The notes beneath the pieces were generated by a model. The model searched no databases. It was not told the origin of the DNA and saw only the letters and a program-made list of their open reading frames with translations. Below are positions 57,338 through 64,000 of a stretch of 64,000 bases of DNA, piece by piece. The stretch covers positions 10,782 through 74,781 of the forward strand of contig JAFQCL010000036.1 in the NCBI GenBank assembly GCA_017416425.1. Direction: 5' to 3'. The position numbers and the translations under genes were made by a program. The stretch is from Clostridia bacterium. GTDB lineage: Bacteria > Bacillota > Clostridia > Christensenellales > CAG-138. How positions within the stretch are numbered: position 1 is the stretch's first letter; each line of letters opens with the position of its first letter.

Positions 57338-58612
57338 TTACCTCACGATTATTTCATCGCGTCCGGCGCCTACCGAAACATAGCTTATTCGGCAGCCGAT
57401 AGCCGATTCGATGTATTCAACATATTCCCGAGCTTCAATCGGAAGATCCTCATATCGGCGAATGGCGCTTACATCGCATTCCCAGCCCTTCATATTCTTT
57501 ATTATGGGTCTTGCTCTTGAAAGCCTTGATGGGAAGGGAAAATCTTCGGTTATCTCTCCATCGATATCATATGCGGTGCATATCGGGATTTCCTTCATAT
57601 AGGCAAGTACATCCAGTTTTGTTAGCGCTATCTCGGTAGCTCCCTGCATGATCGCTCCATACCTTGTTGCTACTATATCTATAGGCCCTACACGTCTTGG
57701 TCTTCCCGTTGCCGCACCATACTCGCCGCCCGCCAAACGGAGAGCTTCAGCATCATCGCCAAACCATTCGGCTACAAAAGGTCCCTCGCCTACGCAGGTA
57801 GAATATGCCTTCACTATACCAATGACCCTATTTACAGGAATACCGGGAGTCCCTGAGCCTATCGGAGCATAGGCGGCAAGAGGCGATGATGATGAGGTGT
57901 AAGGATATATTCCAAAATCTATATCGCGAAGCGCACCAAGTTGAGCCTCATACATTATGCTTTTTCCGCTACGTGCAGCATTCCTTAAATATGCTCCTGT
58001 ATCCTTTATATAAGGCTTAAGTATAGCTCCATATGTATCAAGATAGTCGATCATTTCCCGCATGGAAAACGGCTTATCTTCATAGACCTTCGAGATCATA
58101 AGGTTCTTATATTCCAGAATACCGCTAAGATGCTCAACAAGGTATTCCCTATCCAAAAGTTCGCCCATCATAAGCGCCTTTTTTGTAAACTTATCGCCAT
58201 AAGAAGGAGCGATTCCACGCCGCGTGGAACCATACTGCTTGCCTGCAAGCCTATTTTCCTCAAGGCCGTCCAAAGCTACATGATATGGCATAACAATTAT
58301 GGCTCTATCGCTGATCGCAAGATTTTCCGGCGAAATTTTAACGCCTGCACTGCGAACACGCTCGATTTCTCCACAAAGATGCTTTATATCGATCACAGTA
58401 CCATTGCCCAGTATGTTCATCTTCTCAGGACGGAATATACCCGAAGGAAGAAGGTTTAGTGCAAACTTTCCATAGCTGTTTACTATGGTATGTCCTGCAT
58501 TGTTACCTCCCTGATAGCGAACGATGATATCGTATTCGGACGCCAAAAGATCGACCATACGCCCCTTTCCTTCATCGCCCCAGTTAACTCCAACAATCGC
58601 ACAAGTTTTCAT
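57338..58612 (-). CDS. purA: adenylosuccinate synthetase
   Basis: VGVNWGDEGKGRMVD and GGNNAGHT are P-loop-like motifs. It also has GTTRRGIAP-like STRRGIAP. Confidence 0.95.
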   Translation of the reverse strand: MKTCAIVGVNWGDEGKGRMVDLLASEYDIIVRYQGGNNAGHTIVNSYGKFALNLLPSGIFRPEKMNILGNGTVIDIKHLCGEIERVRSAGVKISPENLAISDRAIIVMPYHVALDGLEENRLAGKQYGSTRRGIAPSYGDKFTKKALMMGELLDREYLVEHLSGILEYKNLMISKVYEDKPFSMREMIDYLDTYGAILKPYIKDTGAYLRNAARSGKSIMYEAQLGALRDIDFGIYPYTSSSSPLAAYAPIGSGTPGIPVNRVIGIVKAYSTCVGEGPFVAEWFGDDAEALRLAGGEYGAATGRPRRVGPIDIVATRYGAIMQGATEIALTKLDVLAYMKEIPICTAYDIDGEITEDFPFPSRLSRARPIIKNMKGWECDVSAIRRYEDLPIEAREYVEYIESAIGCRISYVSVGAGRDEIIVR

Positions 58613-58630
58613 AATAATCTCCTTTTTATT

Positions 58631-59149
58631 TCAAAAGATGCTGTTTCCAACCGCATCGGTTGCTACTATTGCAGGCATATCCGCTATCGTAAGGCGCCTT
58701 ACTGCCTCTGAGTCCAGTTCAGGAAATGCCACCATCTCGCATTGTTTTACCGCATGTGATATAAGTACTGCAGCGCCCCCTGTAACAACGAAATATATAG
58801 CGCTACCTTGCATGGAATCATTTACAGTCTGCGATCTTGCACCTTTCCCTATAAAGCCTGTTATACCGTATTTTACAAGCTGTGGTGTATATGGATCCAT
58901 TCTTGCTGATGTAGTAGGTCCGCATGGTCCTATTATCTCACCGTTTTTTGACGGACAAGGACCAGTGTAATATATACAGCTTCCAGAAGGTATTGGCAAC
59001 GGCTCCTTCTTTAGAAGAATATCCATAAGCTTAGCATGAGCAGCATCTCGCGCGGTATATATCTCGCCCGAAAGCAGTACTCTGTCACCCGCTCTAAGCA
59101 TTTTTATACTTTCTGTATTTAAAGGCACCCTTATATTTTTTCTTTCCAT
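58631..59149 (-). CDS. Fe-S hydro-lyase beta subunit (class I fumarate hydratase / tartrate dehydratase type)
   Basis: YTARDAAHAKL and GPTTSARMD are typical of the FumA C-terminal/TtdB family. Start chosen at ATG 59149, just after the alpha-subunit stop. Confidence 0.8.
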   Translation of the reverse strand: MERKNIRVPLNTESIKMLRAGDRVLLSGEIYTARDAAHAKLMDILLKKEPLPIPSGSCIYYTGPCPSKNGEIIGPCGPTTSARMDPYTPQLVKYGITGFIGKGARSQTVNDSMQGSAIYFVVTGGAAVLISHAVKQCEMVAFPELDSEAVRRLTIADMPAIVATDAVGNSIF

Positions 59150-59156
59150 GAGCTTC

Positions 59157-59996
59157 TTACAATATCCTTTCCGCATGTCTTGCCGCATGACATTGCATAT
59201 TTACTGCAACAGGCAAACCGGCAATATGAGTTTTATAGCTTCCCGCGTGCACGGCAAGAGCTGTAATATTTCCGCCAAGACCCATTGCGCCTATTCCCGA
59301 TGCGTTTATTCGCCTGGTTGCTTCATATTCAATAAATCTAAGCTCCGGCGTATCTGCTTTGGAGCCTATTTTTCTTAAAAGCTGACGCTTAGCCGTTTCG
59401 CACGCTATTTCTGATGTACCACCTATACCTACACCAACAATCACAGGTGGGCATGAACATGCTCCTGCAGATATTACAGTATTGACTACAGCATTGATTA
59501 TACTATCGATTCCATCTGCAGGCCTTAACATATAGAGCTTTGACATATTTTCGCTTCCAAAACCCTTCGGCGCCACTGTAAGCTTTAAATTATCACCTTC
59601 CACAAACCTTATATGTATTATAGCGGGAGTGTTATCCATTGTATTTTTTCGTGTTATAGGATCTAAAACAGATTTTCTAAAACACTCTTCAATATAAGCT
59701 TTTCTTACACCCTCATTAATTGCGCGATTTAAACTCCCCTCTATAAACACCTCTTCTCCTATATCCGCAAATACAACGGTCATGCCCGTATCCTGACAAC
59801 AGGGCCGCATAGATTGTTTTGCAAGCTCGGCGTTTTCTATAATATCAGACAGGGTCGAATAAGCAGCGCTTCCAGGTAATTCATTACATTTCGCCGCTTC
59901 AAGTGCGGATATTACATCCGACGGAAGAACACAGCAGGCATAAGTACACAGCTCATATATGCATTCTTCAATTAATCTATCCTTTATAATTCGCAT
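59157..59996 (-). CDS. Fe-S hydro-lyase alpha subunit (class I fumarate hydratase / tartrate dehydratase type)
   Basis: CQDTGM and VGVGIGGTSE motifs. 279 aa. Confidence 0.8.
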   Translation of the reverse strand: MRIIKDRLIEECIYELCTYACCVLPSDVISALEAAKCNELPGSAAYSTLSDIIENAELAKQSMRPCCQDTGMTVVFADIGEEVFIEGSLNRAINEGVRKAYIEECFRKSVLDPITRKNTMDNTPAIIHIRFVEGDNLKLTVAPKGFGSENMSKLYMLRPADGIDSIINAVVNTVISAGACSCPPVIVGVGIGGTSEIACETAKRQLLRKIGSKADTPELRFIEYEATRRINASGIGAMGLGGNITALAVHAGSYKTHIAGLPVAVNMQCHAARHAERIL

Positions 59997-60272
59997 AGTT
60001 TTGTTACCATCCTGCCAATAACAGCAATAATATCGCGTTTAGGATTAAAAAGGTAATATTTTTAGCTGATATAGCTAATTACTTTTTTCAAATATCCACA
60101 ACATCTTATGCTACCATAAATCATAGCTTCATAGAAGCAGAATTAGAATATATTTTAATCCTAATCATCCCTGTTAAACACAATTGTATATAATGAATTC
60201 ACTATTGCCAATCACTCGTCTTGTGTGTATTATTTTAATGTAATATTTTTTAATAAAGTGGGAGGTATTTGA

Positions 60273-60758
60273 ATGAAAAAGGTTGCTATTATCATGGGTA
60301 GCGACAGTGACCTACCGGTTGTAAATAAAGCAGCTGATAAGCTTAATGAACTTGGTGTTCCCTATGAAATGCATATCATGTCTGCACACAGAACACCTGA
60401 TATTGTTGCTGAATTTGCGTCAAGTGCGTATAAAAATGGCTTTGGAGTCATTATCGCTGCTGCGGGTATGGCAGCGCACCTTGGCGGAGTTATTGCAGCG
60501 CATACAGTCATCCCGGTAATAGGTATACCGATAAAATCAGGAAGTTTAAACGGTCTTGATGCGCTCCTTGCCACGGTTCAAATGCCGTCCGGGATACCTG
60601 TAGCTACAGTAGCGATCGATGGAAGCACGAATGCGGCAGTGCTTGCCGCGGAGATACTATCGGTAACCGATTCAGAGTTATACGATAAACTAACTAGAAT
60701 GCGTGAAAAAATGACTGCTTCAGTCTTGGAAAAAGATGCGAGCATCTCTAATAAATAA
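60273..60758 (+). CDS. purE: 5-(carboxyamino)imidazole ribonucleotide mutase
   Basis: [18 protein letters not shown] and MSAHRTP motifs. Confidence 0.9.
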   Translation: MKKVAIIMGSDSDLPVVNKAADKLNELGVPYEMHIMSAHRTPDIVAEFASSAYKNGFGVIIAAAGMAAHLGGVIAAHTVIPVIGIPIKSGSLNGLDALLATVQMPSGIPVATVAIDGSTNAAVLAAEILSVTDSELYDKLTRMREKMTASVLEKDASISNK

Positions 60759-60778
60759 CAAAAAGGAGTATTAGATTT

Positions 60779-61489
60779 ATGAATAAAACAACACAGCTCT
60801 ATGAGGGTAAGGCAAAAAAGGTATACTCTACCGATATTGAGGGTGTATATATCGTTGATTATAAAGACGATGCTACCGCGTTTAACGGTGAAAAAAAAGG
60901 CACAATACTCGGAAAAGGTATCATTAATAATAAGATAACCAATCATCTTATGAAGCTTGTCGAATCAAAAGGAGTACCAACACACTTTATTAAGCAGCTT
61001 TCTGATCGTGAAACAGCGGTAAAAGCGGTAACGATCATACCGATAGAAGTAATAGTAAGAAATATAGCGGCTGGCTCACTCTCAAAACGCCTTGGACTTC
61101 CCGAAGGCACAAAACTCGCACATACAGTACTTGAATTCTGCTATAAAGATGACTCCCTCGGTGATCCCATGATAAACGAATACCATGCACTTGCTATAAA
61201 CATAGCTACACAAGAAGAAATGGACGTTATTTCAAAGTATGCGTTTATGGTGAACGATATACTTACAGAGTATCTCAAAGAAGTTAATATTGAGCTTGTA
61301 GACTTTAAGCTTGAGTTTGGTAAGACTCTTGACGGCACCATAATACTTGCCGATGAGATTTCTCCGGATACCTGCCGATTCTGGGACTGCGTCACTCATG
61401 AAAAGCTTGATAAGGATCGTTTCAGGCGAGATCTTGGCGGTGTAGAGGACGCATACCATGAAATACTAAATCGTCTTATGGGAGAATAA
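60779..61489 (+). CDS. purC: SAICAR synthetase
   Basis: [18 protein letters not shown] and [14 protein letters not shown] motifs. Confidence 0.95.
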   Translation: MNKTTQLYEGKAKKVYSTDIEGVYIVDYKDDATAFNGEKKGTILGKGIINNKITNHLMKLVESKGVPTHFIKQLSDRETAVKAVTIIPIEVIVRNIAAGSLSKRLGLPEGTKLAHTVLEFCYKDDSLGDPMINEYHALAINIATQEEMDVISKYAFMVNDILTEYLKEVNIELVDFKLEFGKTLDGTIILADEISPDTCRFWDCVTHEKLDKDRFRRDLGGVEDAYHEILNRLMGE

Positions 61490-61542
61490 ACTTAGCAAAC
61501 TAAAAAAATCTTCGCATATCGACCTGTATTCATAAAAGAGTT

Positions 61543-61580
61543 AGCATACGTATAGTTACAATCATACGTATGCTTTTTCT
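61543..61580 (+). terminator. intrinsic terminator after purC
   Basis: AGCATACGTAT (61543..61553) pairs with ATACGTATGCT (61564..61574) and is followed by TTTTTC. Confidence 0.75.
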
Positions 61581-61774
61581 ATATCTCTATATACGAAATT
61601 TTAACTTCGAATAAGCTCTCAATCGTACCGACCAGATTATAAATACAGTGGATGGCCTTGGTGCTCTCGTCCTTTTCCAGACTTTTTTCGCTTTTCAAGG
61701 CGTTATATCTTGTGCTTTTCCTCTGCAAGCTGCGTCTAGGCTCAGAGCTATTCAAGAGTTTTTTGTTTAGCCAT
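61579..61774 (-). pseudogene. small ORF interrupted at an A6 run (frameshifted or disrupted)
   Basis: GGAGG lies 9 nt before ATG 61774. Frame 0 gives MAKQKTLE then a stop. The +1 frame continues for 58 codons (NSSEPRRSLQRKSTRYNALKSEKSLEKDESTKAIHCIYNLVGTIESLFEVKISYIEI) to TAG 61579. Removing one A from CAAAAAAC fuses the two frames. Confidence 0.25.
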
Positions 61775-61915
61775 TTTGTGTGACCTCCTTTTTTTGGAAA
61801 ATGGATATTAAAAGACCGTTAACTTTTGCACACGAGTATGCGTGTCAACGATCTGTTTTTCGATATTCAGTTATTGAGTATGAAAGACAATAAATAAACG
61901 CTTAAATAAAGCAGC

Positions 61916-62152
61916 TTAACTAATCCGTTTCTCAAGCCATTCATTTAACTTTTCACAGCTAAACACATAGCTAGCTCTCGCCACAGTATATGTGATGTCC
62001 AATTCTTCAGATTGGAGTAGTGTGTCTATACCTGCATCAGCAATATTGAGGTATGCTGCAAGTTGGAACTTTGACAAGTAACTTCCAAAAAGTTCACCCA
62101 TGGTTGTGAAAGGCTTGACGGAATAGGTAGTTCTTTTTTGATAATCATTCAT
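61916..62152 (-). CDS. small excisionase/MerR-like HTH protein (tentative)
   Basis: 78 aa from ATG 62152. LSKFQLAAYLNIADAGIDTLLQSEELDITYTVARASYVFSCEKLNEWLEKR resembles HTH_17-type excisionase-family domains. Confidence 0.45.
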   Translation of the reverse strand: MNDYQKRTTYSVKPFTTMGELFGSYLSKFQLAAYLNIADAGIDTLLQSEELDITYTVARASYVFSCEKLNEWLEKRIS

Positions 62153-62220
62153 TCTGCAACGATAATACCAATGCTGATAACACAGCAAGCAAAGGATTGT
62201 GCAATATTATAATTCTTCAT
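62149..62220 (-). CDS. candidate 23-aa hydrophobic Cys-containing peptide coupled to the HTH gene
   Basis: GGAGG lies 8 nt before ATG 62220. Translation is MKNYNIAQSFACCVISIGIIVAE. Its TGA overlaps the ATG of the HTH ORF (ATGA at 62149..62152). Confidence 0.3.
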   Translation of the reverse strand: MKNYNIAQSFACCVISIGIIVAE

Positions 62221-62396
62221 ATGGATTACCTCCTTTCAAAAAATTAAATTTGTTTTTTCAAAGTTGCTGACTGCAAGTCTACAGGGGATAACCCCTTTAG
62301 CTGCGCAAGAAGTGTAGCCATATTGGCGAAACAAAGCAATGCGACAATCTCGGTCATACAGTTTTCTTCTGCTGACTGAGAATCTTGCTTTACAGG

Positions 62397-62445
62397 GCGC
62401 ACGATACTCCAGAGAGAATAGTATCGAAGTGCGCACTTTTGTTTC
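62397..62445 (+). terminator. orphan terminator-like hairpin on the plus strand
   Basis: GCGCAC-GATACT ... AGTATC-GAA-GTGCGC (62397..62434) is followed by ACTTTTGTTTC. No plus-strand gene lies upstream of it. Confidence 0.3.
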
Positions 62446-62636
62446 ATAAAGCATATCATAATGATGTAAATGAATCAATTTGGTGTTTATAAGAAGCGCT
62501 CTGACAAAAGCGTTCAGTCACTTAGCACCGATGTACTGCTTTATGAATGGCGCCCTATACTTCAAATACTTTTTTAATTAATTGACCCAAATCAAGCACA
62601 TACTATACACATAAATTATTTTGGAGGTAAAGTGCA

Positions 62637-62828
62637 ATGAAGAAGAAGCGCCCCATAAGACATTACGATGATATCGACTATTTTCTTAACGGTCGAAAAA
62701 ACACCGCTTCAGCTACCGATTATACGGGTCTAATACCCAGCGCAGTAGACGATGAATCGGATGCCGAAGCCTATTCTGAAATGATGGGAATACCTATGCC
62801 TCATAGAGAATACTATGAGGATGATTGA
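62637..62828 (+). CDS. hypothetical small acidic protein
   Basis: GGAGG lies 9 nt before the ATG. TTGACC-16-TATACA lies upstream. 63 aa with no recognisable domain. Confidence 0.45.
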   Translation: MKKKRPIRHYDDIDYFLNGRKNTASATDYTGLIPSAVDDESDAEAYSEMMGIPMPHREYYEDD

Positions 62829-63487
62829 CCAGGAGGTTTTGTTTTGCCATTATTCATCATATTCATGAGTTGACTTAGCATTGCCGGATTAATGCTACCT
62901 CCCTTTCCTCCCTTGCCGCTTTGCGTTAGAAGCTGCATAAGCATCATCGGGTTCATTCCGCCAAATGAGGAGGAATTTTGACCCGTAGCGTTTGATCCGG
63001 CCTCCCTTTTCGGTATGTTTGGATCATAGGGCATTCCAAAAGAACGAGCTATCCATACGCGCTCGGCAGGTGCTAAAAATGGCTCCATAGCATCCAAATA
63101 GCGCCTAAGATGCTCTATGCCCTGTTCCGTCCTTATACGTTTTGCAAGAAGCCATGCAGGCGAAGCATCCTCATAAGAGTTATATACCCCATCATTTTTC
63201 TGTGTTTTTCCTGCAACGCCCCTACCAGCTGCACGTATCCGCTCCGCCCCAACCGGCGGTATTTCACTTATCCGAGATGTATCATCTGCATTTGCTGCCT
63301 TGAATGATTCACTTGTTTTGGCATAAGTTACCCGCTCTGTTGGACGGTTTACTTTATTTGTATCATCAACCTGTCCCGTTTCATTTGATATATTATGATC
63401 GGAGCTTGAAAAATTTCCCATATTTCTTCCGTTTTGTAGCGCATTGCGATGCATATGATTGCGTTGCTGTCTTTGCATTCCTATCAC
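62813..63487 (-). CDS. hypothetical protein with Met/Asn/Gly-rich C-terminus
   Basis: 224-aa ORF. The start is uncertain: 63487 is GTG, and ATG 63478 and ATG 63421 are alternatives, none with a good SD. No recognisable domain. Confidence 0.4.
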   Translation of the reverse strand: MIGMQRQQRNHMHRNALQNGRNMGNFSSSDHNISNETGQVDDTNKVNRPTERVTYAKTSESFKAANADDTSRISEIPPVGAERIRAAGRGVAGKTQKNDGVYNSYEDASPAWLLAKRIRTEQGIEHLRRYLDAMEPFLAPAERVWIARSFGMPYDPNIPKREAGSNATGQNSSSFGGMNPMMLMQLLTQSGKGGKGGSINPAMLSQLMNMMNNGKTKPPGQSSS

Positions 63488-63641
63488 CGTTCAGCTGCGT
63501 TATGCAGCTTTTCCATTAATTATAGTTCTTACTCGTGTTCTCTTTGCGGCTTTATCCGCTATTACTTCATTATATGCAAATGTATTGAAAATCGTCACAA
63601 TTTTATACACAGCAACATATAGATAAGCGAGGTGATTAAGT

Positions 63642-63887
63642 ATGAACTTTTTTGAGCAAATGCTACAGATGAATGGAGAAAATGAACAGGCAGTAAATCA
63701 GCTTAGTGATGCCATGTCAGAATATGAAGGTAAGAGCGAGGATGAGCTTACGGCTGAGCTTAAAAGGCTTAGAGAAAGCGGTCAGATAAGTGATTATGAG
63801 CTTGAACAATTTGTTGCCACGGTAGCTCCTTTTTTGGATAATGGGCAGCAAATAAGGCTATATCAGCTTATAGAAAGCTTAAAATAG
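63642..63887 (+). CDS. hypothetical small helical acidic protein
   Basis: Strong SD GAGGTGAT lies 5 nt before the ATG. 81 aa with no recognisable domain. Confidence 0.55.
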   Translation: MNFFEQMLQMNGENEQAVNQLSDAMSEYEGKSEDELTAELKRLRESGQISDYELEQFVATVAPFLDNGQQIRLYQLIESLK

Positions 63888-64000
63888 TGCTTAGCATCAC
63901 GTGCATTCTTTAAATCTTTAAATCATTTCGGCCAATTTGTGCTATAATAATTAAAAGTAATTATTATGCTGCGCAAAGGGCCTTTTATTGTGCTCTTTAG

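Noticed and set aside
62236-62478. Two overlapping minus-strand ORFs of 80 and 71 aa
   Set aside because: They overlap each other in different frames, lack convincing SDs and have odd composition. Only the last 37 codons of the 71-aa frame look remotely protein-like. The interval is reported as possible RNA instead.

Overview
Chromosomal segment of an endospore-forming Firmicute. Gene content and order look Clostridia-like, and it looks moderately AT-rich by eye (not computed). I can support about 65 protein genes. Most are co-oriented on the minus strand in tightly packed, often translationally coupled housekeeping operons. In coordinate order they are: gerC-like (partial); nnr-dmpA-birA-recX; a cotF-like pair plus spoVAC-AD-AE; glpQ; GNAT; an xdhC-like gene with a FecBCDE-type ABC importer; glyQS; a histidine kinase/OmpR-type regulator pair; a Xer-like tyrosine recombinase; rnhA divergent from lexA; miaB-mutS-mutL-miaA-ynbB-like; pth-mfd-PrsA-like-S4-ispDF; a Tim44-like protein; a lysine-fermentation operon (kal-kce-kdd-kamA-kamD-kamE-crt-hbd); spoIIP; pepT; nth-obg-yhbY; lpd-tadA-engB; fumarate hydratase plus purA-purB; and purE-purC. 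The last 2.5 kb is a poorly conserved stretch of small ORFs. I saw no rRNA, tRNA, CRISPR array, IS element or prophage block. The main second-look items are these. (1) A lysine riboswitch precedes the lysine-catabolic operon, and its P1 3' strand doubles as the 5' half of an intrinsic terminator, which predicts an ON switch. (2) An uncharacterised truncated MutS paralogue and a P-loop NTPase sit directly upstream of that riboswitch and may serve the B12-dependent aminomutase. (3) A structured leader module occurs twice, near-identical, with a compensatory stem change, in the miaA-ynbB and purA-purB spacers. (4) Several unannotated small ORFs have strong Shine-Dalgarno (SD) sites and ATGA stop/start overlaps with the downstream gene. 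All family calls come from motifs read in the supplied translations. No database search was run.
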